From assembly GCA_031390295.1 (NCBI GenBank), contig JANMTJ010000177.1, positions 1-47,719 on the forward strand: a stretch of DNA of 47,719 bases. The letters are read 5' to 3'. Origin of the DNA: Oleiharenicola sp. (GTDB taxonomy: Bacteria > Verrucomicrobiota > Verrucomicrobiia > Opitutales > Opitutaceae). Under the pieces are notes generated by a model. The model was not told the origin of the DNA. It saw nothing but the letters and a program-made list of their open reading frames with translations, and did no database searches. Position 1 is the stretch's first letter, and each line of letters begins with the position of its first letter. Of this stretch, positions 37,818 through 47,092 are shown piece after piece. The translations under genes were made by a program, and so were the position numbers.

Positions 37818-38411
37818 TCAGGTTTCGAATTGTTCGTGGGTGGCGCCGCTGCGCAGCAGCACCTTGGCCAGCGCCTCGCGGCCGCGGAGAATGTCGGTCT
37901 TCACCTTGCTGAGCGATACGCCGGTCTTTTTGGCAATGTCCTCGTAGGGGAGGTCCTCAAAATGATAAAGCACCAGCGGGATGCGCTGGTGTTCGGGCAG
38001 CTTTTCCAGGGCCCGTTCGACCCATTCGCGGCGCTCGCCCGAGTCGACCCCGCTGAAAAAGGAGTCTGGCGCAGCAAACTCGACTTCCTTCTCCCCGCCT
38101 TCGTCATCGCGGTGGACCAGATCGGAGAAAAAGCTCCAGCGCTTCTTGTACCGCTGGATGTGGTTGATCGAGAGGTTGGTGGCCACGGTCTTGAGCCAGC
38201 CGCCAGCCGTCGGGCTGGTGCGGAGGTTGTCGAAGTGCTCGTGGGCCTTGATGAATACGTCCTGCGCAAAATCCTCGGCCTGCGTCTCGTTGCCAATGAG
38301 CCGCACTGCTGTGGAGTATACCATGTCTTGGTAATTGCGCATGAACGTGGTGAAGTCGGGCGGAGCCGTTACGCTCTGGGATTGGGCTTGCACTGTAGTA
38401 TCTTCATTCAC
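37818..38411 (-). CDS. ECF (sigma-70 group 4) sigma factor
   Basis: Region 2 AEDFAQDVFIKA...WLKTVATN; region 4 LEKLPEHQR...YEDIA...VKTDILRGR. Start uncertain (GTG 38411 or ATG 38342). Confidence 0.92.
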   Translation of the reverse strand: MNEDTTVQAQSQSVTAPPDFTTFMRNYQDMVYSTAVRLIGNETQAEDFAQDVFIKAHEHFDNLRTSPTAGGWLKTVATNLSINHIQRYKKRWSFFSDLVHRDDEGGEKEVEFAAPDSFFSGVDSGERREWVERALEKLPEHQRIPLVLYHFEDLPYEDIAKKTGVSLSKVKTDILRGREALAKVLLRSGATHEQFET

Positions 38412-38635
38412 GCTAAGAACACCGCGTACCGTCACCAAGTTGCAGAAACCTCCTGCCACGCAAATCACTTTAGGCCAAGCCTATAAGACAAAACCCAGGC
38501 TGACGCCTCCGGGTTGCAGGATTCAACCCCGCGCTGCTCCTAAACGGATGGATTAGCGGGCGTTTTGCCCGGCCCCCGGGGCGTCCCCTTCCTTGCCTAT
38601 TTATGACACCACGGGAAAAATCCCAAAATATCCCC

Positions 38636-41635
38636 ATGTCCGCTTTTCTCACCCCCGACCCGAAACTTGAAATCGCGATTCGCGCCAAAGGCGAACAGCT
38701 CTTCGCGCTGATGGACCAACAGCCGCCGCCCGCGCTGTTCTCCAAGAAGGGTGCCTACGCCCGCCTCATGGACTGGTCGATGAAGGATCCGGTTTTCAAG
38801 ACCCAGCTCTTCCGCTTCGTTGACGTCCTCCCGTCCCTCAACTCGTCGGCCGAAATCGTGCGCCACCTGCAGGAATATCTCGGGGACAAGGCGGTCGAGC
38901 TCAACCCCGCGCTCAAGGCCGGCCTCGCCGCCTCGTCCTTCGCGCCCGCGCTCGTCGCCACGCCCGTCAAGGCCCAGATCGTCGACATGGCCGGCCAGTT
39001 CGTTGCGGGGGAGACCGGCGAGGACCTCATCAAGCAGATCCGGAAAAACGCCAAGCTCGGCCTGGCGACGACCATCGATCTTCTCGGGGAGACGGTCGTC
39101 AGTGACGCCGAGGCCGATGTCTTCCTCCAGCGCAATCTGGAAATCCTTGATTCCGTCTCCAAGTTCTTTGCCAAGGAATCCGCGCCGGCCTTCAGCGACA
39201 TCGGTTCCGCCGGGCCGATCCCGCGCCTCAACCTCTCGGTCAAGATCTCCGCGCTCACGCCCGACGTCCACCCTGCCGACCCGGAGAACTCCATCGCCGC
39301 GCTCAAGGAGCGCCTCCGTCCCATTCTCCGCCGCGCCGCCGCGGTCGGCGCGCTGGTCAACCTGGACATGGAGAGCTACAAGTTGAAGGATCTCACGCTG
39401 GCGCTCTTCAAATCCATCTTTGAGGAACCCGAATTTGCCCAGCAACCTGCCATCGGCATCGCCGTGCAGACCTACCTGCGCGACTGCGAGGCCGACCTGC
39501 GTGACCTCGTCGCCTGGGCCCGGAAGCACAAACGCCCGCTCAATGTCCGCCTCGTCAAGGGGGCCTACTGGGACTACGAGACCATCATCGCCCAGCAGCG
39601 CGACTGGCCCGTCCCTGTGTGGCAGAAAAAGCCCGAGTCCGACGCGAACTACGAGAAGCTCACGCTATTCCTCCTCGAGAACATCGACCTGATCACGCCG
39701 AACTTCGCCTCGCACAACGTCCGCTCCTGTGCCCACGCCATCGCACAGGCCGAGCGTCTCGGCATCAGCCCGAAGGCCTATGAGTTCCAGGCTCTTTTCG
39801 GCATGGCCGACGAGCTGAAGGCCGCGCTGCTCCAGATGGGCCACCGCGTCCGCGAATACTGCGCCATCGGCCAGCTCCTGCCCGGCATGGCCTATCTCGT
39901 CCGCCGCCTGCTCGAGAACACCTCCAATGAGGGCTTCCTTCGCATCAAGAACATGGGCGAGGCCACCAAGGAGCAGCTCCTGGGTAACCCCGTCGACGCC
40001 ATCGCCGCCGCGCCCGAGCCACTGGCGCGCAAGCCGCGTCCGACCGGTACCTTCATCAACGCCGCGAACACCGACTACACCCTCGCGGCCAACCGCGAAA
40101 AGCAGCGTGCCGCCCTCCAAAACTATGAGGCCACGCAACTCGGCAAGAAGTGGCCTGTCATCATCAACGGCCGGAAAATCACCGACCGCCCCTTTCTTCC
40201 CTCCGTCAACCCCGCCCGCCCGGCGCAGATTGTCGGTTACTGGGCCAAGGGCACCGTCGCGGACGCCGAGGCCGCGGTTGCCGCCTCCGTCGCCTACTTC
40301 CCAAAATGGCGCGCCACGCCGGTCGAGGACCGCGCCGCCATTTTGCTCCGCGCCGCCGACCTCATGGAGTCGCGTCGCCTGGAGATCAATTCCCTGCTCA
40401 TCCTTGAGGCCGGCAAGCCCTGGGTCGAAGCCGACGGCGACCTCTCCGAGGCGATCGACTTCCTGCGGTTCTACGCCATCGAGATGGTGAAGCTCGCCAA
40501 GCCCGTCATCACTCAGGCCGTCCCCGGTGAGAAGTGCCAGCAGTTCTGGACGCCGCGCGGCGTCGGCGTCTCCGTCGCCCCGTGGAATTTCCCCCTGGCG
40601 ATCCTGACCGGCCTGACCGTCGCGCCGCTCGTCGCCGGCAATTGCATGATCATCAAGCCGGCACGCCAGACCTCGATCATCGGGGCGCTGCTGATGGAGG
40701 TCATGATGGAGGCCGGCACGCCCGCGGGCGCCCTGCACTTCCTCCCCTGCTCCGGCGCCGACGCCGGCGCGCACCTCGTGGCGCACCCGCAGATCGACTT
40801 CATTGCGTTCACCGGCTCGCGTTCCGTCGGCTGCGACATTTATGCGACCGCCGGCAAGGTCCTCCCGGGCCAGCTCAACCTCAAGAAGGTCGTCTGCGAG
40901 ATGGGTGGCAAGAACGCCATGATCATCGACAACGATGCCGACCTCGACGAGGCGATTCCCGCCGCGCTCTACAGCGCGTTCGGCTACGCCGGCCAGAAGT
41001 GCTCGGCGCTTTCGCGCCTCATCGTGCTCGAGGGCGTTTACGACAAGTTCGTCGAGCGCTTCCTCTCCGCCTGCCCCAGTTTCCCCGTGGGTGATCCCGC
41101 AAAACCCGGCACCATCGTCAATCCCGTCATCGACGAGGCCGCGCAGAAATCCATCCTCGGCTACATCGAGGCCGGCAAGAAGGAGTGCAAGCTCGCCTGG
41201 CAGGCCCAGCTCTCCCCCGAGCTCATCTCCAGCGGCGGCTACTACGTCCCGCCGACCGTCTTCACCGGCTGCAAGGTCGAGCACACCATCGTGCGCGAGG
41301 AAATCTTCGGCCCGGTGCTCGCCATCATGAAGGCGAAGGATCTCGACGAGGCCTTCGCCATGGTGAACGCCTCCGATTACGCCCTCACCGCCGGCCTCTT
41401 CTCGCGCAGCCCGCGGACCCTCGAGCGCGCCGGGCAGGAGATGTTCGTGGGCAACCTCTATCTCAACCGCGGCTGCACCGGCGCCATTGTCGAGCGGCAC
41501 CCGTTCGGCGGTTTCAAGATGTCGGGCGGCGGCACCAAGGCCGGCGGACGGGAGTATCTCGAGAACTTCCTTTTCCCGCGTCTCGTGGCAGAGAATGTCA
41601 TACGGAGAGGCTTTACTCCTCCGGAAGAGGACTGA
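38636..41635 (+). CDS. putA: Bifunctional proline dehydrogenase / P5C (GSA) dehydrogenase PutA
   Basis: LFRFVDVLP, DMES, VRLVKGAYWDYE, ASHN, AYLVRRLLENTSN (PRODH); PWNFP, FTGS, EMGGKN, GQKCSA, EEIFGPV, PFGGFKMSG (ALDH). Start 38636 or 38603. Confidence 0.97.
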   Translation: MSAFLTPDPKLEIAIRAKGEQLFALMDQQPPPALFSKKGAYARLMDWSMKDPVFKTQLFRFVDVLPSLNSSAEIVRHLQEYLGDKAVELNPALKAGLAASSFAPALVATPVKAQIVDMAGQFVAGETGEDLIKQIRKNAKLGLATTIDLLGETVVSDAEADVFLQRNLEILDSVSKFFAKESAPAFSDIGSAGPIPRLNLSVKISALTPDVHPADPENSIAALKERLRPILRRAAAVGALVNLDMESYKLKDLTLALFKSIFEEPEFAQQPAIGIAVQTYLRDCEADLRDLVAWARKHKRPLNVRLVKGAYWDYETIIAQQRDWPVPVWQKKPESDANYEKLTLFLLENIDLITPNFASHNVRSCAHAIAQAERLGISPKAYEFQALFGMADELKAALLQMGHRVREYCAIGQLLPGMAYLVRRLLENTSNEGFLRIKNMGEATKEQLLGNPVDAIAAAPEPLARKPRPTGTFINAANTDYTLAANREKQRAALQNYEATQLGKKWPVIINGRKITDRPFLPSVNPARPAQIVGYWAKGTVADAEAAVAASVAYFPKWRATPVEDRAAILLRAADLMESRRLEINSLLILEAGKPWVEADGDLSEAIDFLRFYAIEMVKLAKPVITQAVPGEKCQQFWTPRGVGVSVAPWNFPLAILTGLTVAPLVAGNCMIIKPARQTSIIGALLMEVMMEAGTPAGALHFLPCSGADAGAHLVAHPQIDFIAFTGSRSVGCDIYATAGKVLPGQLNLKKVVCEMGGKNAMIIDNDADLDEAIPAALYSAFGYAGQKCSALSRLIVLEGVYDKFVERFLSACPSFPVGDPAKPGTIVNPVIDEAAQKSILGYIEAGKKECKLAWQAQLSPELISSGGYYVPPTVFTGCKVEHTIVREEIFGPVLAIMKAKDLDEAFAMVNASDYALTAGLFSRSPRTLERAGQEMFVGNLYLNRGCTGAIVERHPFGGFKMSGGGTKAGGREYLENFLFPRLVAENVIRRGFTPPEED

Positions 41636-41689
41636 TTCGAGATTTCAGCTCGCCTCGCCCTAGCTCCGCATCAGCGGAGCGACGGCGGG

Positions 41690-41752
41690 TTTCCGCGCCT
41701 CGTGGCCGAGAATGTCATCCGCCGCAGCTACACGTCCTCCGAAGAGGGGTGG
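41690..41752 (+). pseudogene. Orphan duplicate of the putA 3' end
   Basis: Translates FPRLVAENVIRRSYTSSEEG vs the putA terminus FPRLVAENVIRRGFTPPEED at 41573-41635. Confidence 0.85.
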
Positions 41753-41924
41753 TACCGATCATTCCGACTGCTCGCTTTCCGTAGCGGCTCCTGGTCAGGG
41801 TTATTTGCAGCACCTTCGCCTTGACCCAAGACGTTGTATTGTCAGTCTGCCGCTGTCAGCGGGCCATTCAGAGCGATTTCCGGTTTCAGAAAGTCGCCCT
41901 GCTCCATCCTCAATCCCTGGCCCT

Positions 41925-44606
41925 ATGAAGAAGTTGACCGCGTATTCCGCCGGTAACAGACTACCTCTGGCATTAGTTAGTGTATTAGGTTTCGCCGCCT
42001 GCTCCTTTCTAGCGGCTCAAACCTATACGATTACCGAGCTACCGCCGCTTCCGGGTGACACCGCAAGTGCCGCCTTCGCCATTAATGAAGCCGGTCAGGC
42101 TGCCGGGGAGTCCGGAGATTACGCTGTCACTTGGACCAATGGGGTGCCCTTCAACCTTCATACCCTGACCGACTCCTGGGGTAGTGTCGCATTTGCCCTC
42201 AACGACTCGGGCCAGGCGGCTGGCGATCTTTTCACCGGCGCTTTCATCTGGCGGAACAACACCATGGAGCGGATCATTCCACCACCCGGCCAATATATCG
42301 TGGAAGCCTATGCCATGAACAATGCCGGCACGGTGGTTGGAACTGGCGGCACGACCTTTGGCTACCGCTGGACCAATGGTGTCTATCTTTCGCTCAATCC
42401 CTTGCCGGGTGATCATTCTGCTTATCCCTATGCCATCAACAATTACGGGATCGTCGCTGGCACCTCAAATGGACAGGCTGTGACATGGGCCGGCACCTCA
42501 CCGCAAACCGTTCCGCTACCTACAGGTGCGACGTCCGGCATTGCTCGAGGTATCAACGATCTCGGCGCGGTGGTGGGCGAATTTTATTCGGGCGGCAGCA
42601 GCAAACCATTTGTGTGGAGTTCCGGCCTCGGTGCGCAAGCCCTGCCTCTGCCCGCCGGCGTCTCAAGGGGCCGAGCCTATGCCCTCAACGACGCCGGCAT
42701 GATCATCGGCGACGCAGGCGACCAGCCCGCAATCTGGCATAAGAATTCCAGCGGATCCTACGAAATCAAGCTCGTCGAGCCTTTGATCACCAATGCGACC
42801 GGCTGGTCCAGCCTCACTCTCTATGCCATAAACGAATCAGGGCAGATTTCCGGTGATGGACGACTAAACGGCGCTTGGCGTGGCATCATCCTGACGCCCG
42901 GCCCCTCCCTGAGTCTGGGGTTGCGCACCGATGCCGACCGCAGTGGCACGACGGATTTCGATTCAACCGGCGACGCGACCGCGTCGGGCAGCCCGTTCTA
43001 CTTCTGGACGAATGACGATCACGATGCCACCGGCAAGGAACTTGAAACCGGTTCGGCCGACTCTACAGACGACCGGATCATGACACCACTGGTCGTTGAC
43101 GGGGTTGAGGTGCCTCAAACAGACGCCATCCGGGATTTGGAGGACTTCTCCCGGCTTACTTTTCAACTCACACCGGAGCTAAAAACCGCGTTGGACGCGG
43201 GTGCCACTCTTGCCCTGCAAGCCCAGGGCGCAGGGACAATCCATCTCTTTTCCACGCCGAGTTCAGGAGTCAACGAGACCCGCTATTTGACCGATGAGGC
43301 TTTCGCCCGTTCACTTGTCAGCAGCGACACCACCAATATCGCGATTCCCTTCGAGACTTCTAACGATGGAACCACAACTTGGGCGCAGATGGACAAACTC
43401 ATCACGCCGACCGACTGGACCAATGGTCGTTTGTGCTTCCTCTGGGAGGCGATCACCCCGGGCGCCTGCGTTCTCACCCTCCGTCTCATCCAACCCGACG
43501 GCACCGAGGTGCTTGGAGCGCCGGTTCACCTCTCGCTGCGGCCCGTCCGGGATTTCTTTGAGCATGTGCGAGCCACCCCGCGCGATGGGTTTCCGCCCCC
43601 GTGGGAAACGAACGGTTCGGTCCCAACCATCAATCGGGAAGTGGTGCATTCGCAGACCGCCGCGCCGGCCAACCAACAGAATGTGGATCTGGTCTGGGTG
43701 CATGGCTGGCGACTCAAGGCATGGGAACGGCAAAACTGGGCGGAAATGATGTACAAACGCCTCTGGCACGGGGGCTATAAAGGTCGCCTGCATGCCTTTA
43801 CCTGGCCGACGCTGTCGGGTGATGATTCCGTAATCGAAGGCTACTTAACATTCGACCAATCGGAGCACCGCGCTTGGAAATTCGGTGCTTCGCTCGAAGG
43901 CTACTTGCGTGTCCTGCGCAACGCACACTCCGGCGGACGTCTCGCATTGGTAGCGCACAGCATGGGCAACATTGTTACCGGCGAAGCCCTTCGTCGCGGT
44001 GCTCCGGCTGACATACAGATCATGATGCAGGCCGCCCTTTCAGCCGGCTGCTACGACACACGCGCCATTTTAGAAGATCCCGCGTTGCTTGACCATGAGG
44101 GCAAGCAGCCCACGCCTGATTTTGATATCGAACTCGGTTATCGCGGATTCCTTGCATCCACCACGATTCCAACAATCAATTACTACAACGAAGTGGATTA
44201 CGCCCTACAAACAGGCAAATTTGGCAGGCAAGTCAACTGGTTCGATCATCAAGGCGACAAGCCGTATGATCCCATTGGCATTGGCACATATAAATATATA
44301 GACTCGCTTGCTGGTTTCTACAGGGGTCAGCGTCTTTTGCGTGAAGTTACCGATATTCATGAATCGTTGGCTTTTCTTGCCCGATCTCGCACCAAAGCCG
44401 TAGGGGCACAGCCGCTCACTGGATTTACCGCAACCGGCAATCCACTGGGGGCTTTCTCGAACCGCGTAAATCTGCAAGCTCTGCCTTACAATTTCACCCG
44501 TGATTCAACGGAGCATAGTGCTCAATTCAACCGCGCGATTCAACGACGCCTAGTCCTTTTTTACCAAAGTATTGCCGACATCGTTTCTTCGACTGCTGCA
44601 CCATGA
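41925..44606 (+). CDS. Secreted multidomain protein: 7 HAF-like repeats + acidic linker domain + C-terminal alpha/beta hydrolase (DUF900-like)
   Basis: Signal peptide from ATG 41925; AxAINxxGxxxG repeats; VWVHGW, FTWP, AHSMG nucleophile elbow, C-terminal EHSAQF His. Confidence 0.8.
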   Translation: MKKLTAYSAGNRLPLALVSVLGFAACSFLAAQTYTITELPPLPGDTASAAFAINEAGQAAGESGDYAVTWTNGVPFNLHTLTDSWGSVAFALNDSGQAAGDLFTGAFIWRNNTMERIIPPPGQYIVEAYAMNNAGTVVGTGGTTFGYRWTNGVYLSLNPLPGDHSAYPYAINNYGIVAGTSNGQAVTWAGTSPQTVPLPTGATSGIARGINDLGAVVGEFYSGGSSKPFVWSSGLGAQALPLPAGVSRGRAYALNDAGMIIGDAGDQPAIWHKNSSGSYEIKLVEPLITNATGWSSLTLYAINESGQISGDGRLNGAWRGIILTPGPSLSLGLRTDADRSGTTDFDSTGDATASGSPFYFWTNDDHDATGKELETGSADSTDDRIMTPLVVDGVEVPQTDAIRDLEDFSRLTFQLTPELKTALDAGATLALQAQGAGTIHLFSTPSSGVNETRYLTDEAFARSLVSSDTTNIAIPFETSNDGTTTWAQMDKLITPTDWTNGRLCFLWEAITPGACVLTLRLIQPDGTEVLGAPVHLSLRPVRDFFEHVRATPRDGFPPPWETNGSVPTINREVVHSQTAAPANQQNVDLVWVHGWRLKAWERQNWAEMMYKRLWHGGYKGRLHAFTWPTLSGDDSVIEGYLTFDQSEHRAWKFGASLEGYLRVLRNAHSGGRLALVAHSMGNIVTGEALRRGAPADIQIMMQAALSAGCYDTRAILEDPALLDHEGKQPTPDFDIELGYRGFLASTTIPTINYYNEVDYALQTGKFGRQVNWFDHQGDKPYDPIGIGTYKYIDSLAGFYRGQRLLREVTDIHESLAFLARSRTKAVGAQPLTGFTATGNPLGAFSNRVNLQALPYNFTRDSTEHSAQFNRAIQRRLVLFYQSIADIVSSTAAP

Positions 44607-45682
44607 AAAAAAATATCGCTCTTTTCGCACTCCTGGCGGTCGGCTTGGTTATATGGGTCGCTCTTAATCGCCGCGAATCTTCACCTGCTGCAAACAAATC
44701 GACTGCTGTTTCTAATCAGAAAAACCCCAGTAAAGATACTGCCACCGCAGCGGCGAGCCCCAGAAGCACCCCGAACACTACTGATGATGTCGATGCCATC
44801 GCTGAGGCTGCGGAACGCGCAGAGCGACTTCGTGACCGTCAGACACGGATGGAACGGGCTGATCGAGAATATAATACCCCGATCACATTCTATGGCGTCG
44901 TGCGTGATTTGGACGAGCGGTCGGTCGCGGATGCTACCGTGAGTTACACCTCGGTTGAAGGATCATTCGCCGGCACACGACAAATTCAATCATCCGCAGA
45001 TGGGCGCTTTACTATTTCAGGGGTTCGCGGGAAATACCTCGACGTTCAAGTAGTCCATCCGGATTACTATGAACTGCAAGATTCCAGGCGCAGCTTCAAC
45101 TACGCCGGCACGGAGAATGGTTCGCTCCATATTCCCGATCCCGCCAAGCCCGAAATATTCCGCCTCCGGAAGAAGGGGGAGACGGCCGAATTGATCCATC
45201 AGGAAGATCGCGTGCTTTTCAACAAGGACGAATCGTCGCGCAGTTTCAGCTTTTATGACCACACACGCCGCCGCGATCAACCAGAGTATATAATTCTGCA
45301 GGGAGTGGAGACGGCCGAGCGTGATAAACAAGGCAAGCCCATCCGCCGGCTGGAGATGGTTGTGCCTGAAGGCGGCATCCAACAACGCACCGATCCGTTC
45401 GCGTTCACGGCCTCAAGCGATGGCTATCAGCCCAAGATGTATTTCATGCGTCCGGAATTCGGCGGAAAACTCGATTACTTTGTGAAATTCAACAACGGAA
45501 ACTACGCACGCTTCACCATCATAGGTTCAGCCGGTGATTACCTGATCGATTCTTACTTTAATCCCGACCAATCGCCCAACCTCGAATACGATCCCGACAA
45601 ACAGATCACCGTCGTGCGCAATGGGCGTATGGGTGTCGATCTCGTCTATCCGGCCAAAGACGATCCACCAAAGAAACAATGA
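44603..45682 (+). CDS. Membrane-anchored periplasmic protein with carboxypeptidase-regulatory-like domain (candidate immunity/partner)
   Basis: N-terminal TM, low-complexity linker, PITFYGVVRD...VADATV...SSADGRFTI...HPDYY fold motif; ATGA overlap with the upstream gene. Confidence 0.7.
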   Translation: MKKNIALFALLAVGLVIWVALNRRESSPAANKSTAVSNQKNPSKDTATAAASPRSTPNTTDDVDAIAEAAERAERLRDRQTRMERADREYNTPITFYGVVRDLDERSVADATVSYTSVEGSFAGTRQIQSSADGRFTISGVRGKYLDVQVVHPDYYELQDSRRSFNYAGTENGSLHIPDPAKPEIFRLRKKGETAELIHQEDRVLFNKDESSRSFSFYDHTRRRDQPEYIILQGVETAERDKQGKPIRRLEMVVPEGGIQQRTDPFAFTASSDGYQPKMYFMRPEFGGKLDYFVKFNNGNYARFTIIGSAGDYLIDSYFNPDQSPNLEYDPDKQITVVRNGRMGVDLVYPAKDDPPKKQ

Positions 45683-45691
45683 TCGGACGCC

Positions 45692-47050
45692 TCAGCTGCC
45701 CAACAGTCGCAGGACTTCGCTGCCCACCTGATAGAGCCCCAGAGCCGCCATCAGCAGCGAGGCGATGATCAGGCACGCGAGCGATCCTTTGCCTGCGCGC
45801 AGGTCATGATGCGGGTTGGTGTAATGGTAATACACGGCCGCCCCCGCCAGGAACGGCAGCATCAGGCCCTGCCCCACCGCCCCGATGAAGACGAGGCTGA
45901 CCGGCGCACCGACCAATATGAACACGGTCGTGAACGCCACCGGCAGCGCCACACAGGCATACTTCAGCCAGCGCAACCGTTCCGCGCCGTCGCGGTAGCG
46001 CTTCACGCCCCACAGACCGAGCGCGTCCACCGCTAGGCGGGCATTTGAGGCTGTCGCGCCAAAGATCGTCGAGTAGAGCACCGCAAAGGCCCCCACCAGG
46101 AACATCCAGAGGCTCCATTCACCAAACACCTCGCGATACATCAGCGACAGCGTCTCGATCATCCGGGCGTTTTCGACCTGCACCTGCTTCGCGTGCAGGA
46201 TCGCCGCCCCGAGCAGGTAGAACGCCAGCGTGGTGCTGGTGTAGAGCCCGAAGGACACCCACGCGTCCACGCGCATGATCTTCAGCCAACCCCGGGCGTT
46301 CTGCCGCCATTCCGGGGAACCGTCGTCGGGGCCGACATTCAGCGCGTAACCCTTCTCCAGGCACCAATAGGGGTAATAAATCAGCTCCGATGCCCCCACT
46401 CCGATGATGCCAAAGGCCGCGAACGCCGTCACCAGCCGGTCGGGCAGCCCGAAGGTGAAGCCAGAGGCCAGTTGGACGCCGGTCACGGCATACTCGGTCC
46501 GCTGCATCAGCACCACGGCCACCAAGGTGGCCGCCGTGAACAGGGCGACAAACAATGTCGAAAGGTTCTCCACCAGCCGGTAACGGCCGATCACCAGCAG
46601 CACCGCTGTGGCGCCGCCGATCAGCACGGCCAGCCAGTTGATCGACAGGGTCATGCCGCCGAGAGCAAAGACCCGCGCCACTCCGCCCACCATGCCCGCC
46701 ACTTGGAAAACCAGTGACACATACATGGCCAGCCAGAGCCAGAGCACCCACGACACCATCAGCCGAGGCCCGGGCAGCGTGTTCAGCGACGCCAGGGTCG
46801 TTTGCCCGCGCAGGACCGCATGGCGACCCAGCTCGATCTGAACGAACACCTTCAGCAGGCAGCCCAAGACGATGAACCAGAGCAGTTTGAACCCCTCCTC
46901 GGCCCCAAGCTTGGGGGTGACGATCAGTTCACCCGAGCCGACGATCACCGCGCTTATGATGAGGCCGGGCCCCAGCTGCTGCACCACCCCGCCAAACGTG
47001 CGGGGCGGCGGCCTACGGGAAGGGGATTCGACCGCCGGGGCGGAACTCAT
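45692..47050 (-). CDS. Nramp-related (APC superfamily) transporter
   Basis: LGPGLIISAVIVGSGELIVTPKLGA..GF.LLW N-terminus, about 11 TMs. Confidence 0.82.
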   Translation of the reverse strand: MSSAPAVESPSRRPPPRTFGGVVQQLGPGLIISAVIVGSGELIVTPKLGAEEGFKLLWFIVLGCLLKVFVQIELGRHAVLRGQTTLASLNTLPGPRLMVSWVLWLWLAMYVSLVFQVAGMVGGVARVFALGGMTLSINWLAVLIGGATAVLLVIGRYRLVENLSTLFVALFTAATLVAVVLMQRTEYAVTGVQLASGFTFGLPDRLVTAFAAFGIIGVGASELIYYPYWCLEKGYALNVGPDDGSPEWRQNARGWLKIMRVDAWVSFGLYTSTTLAFYLLGAAILHAKQVQVENARMIETLSLMYREVFGEWSLWMFLVGAFAVLYSTIFGATASNARLAVDALGLWGVKRYRDGAERLRWLKYACVALPVAFTTVFILVGAPVSLVFIGAVGQGLMLPFLAGAAVYYHYTNPHHDLRAGKGSLACLIIASLLMAALGLYQVGSEVLRLLGS

Positions 47051-47092
47051 GAAAGGGAAGGCCGCCAGGATGGTGCGGTGGCGGGCATGGCC

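Noticed and set aside
35481-38486. 1001-aa + strand ORF spanning three genes
   Set aside because: Antisense shadow of the RDD/anti-sigma/sigma genes, which share one frame. No recognisable motifs; expected from high GC3 codon bias.
41633-41824. Stop-codon read-through or selenocysteine extension of putA into the in-frame duplicate
   Set aside because: The TGA falls at the normal PutA C-terminus, the intervening codons look non-coding, and the duplicate is degenerating; the in-frame offset has a 1-in-3 chance probability.
41712-41924. 71-aa N-terminal extension of the propeller-hydrolase ORF
   Set aside because: It overlaps the putA scar and a promoter-like TTGACC; the signal peptide begins at ATG 41925.
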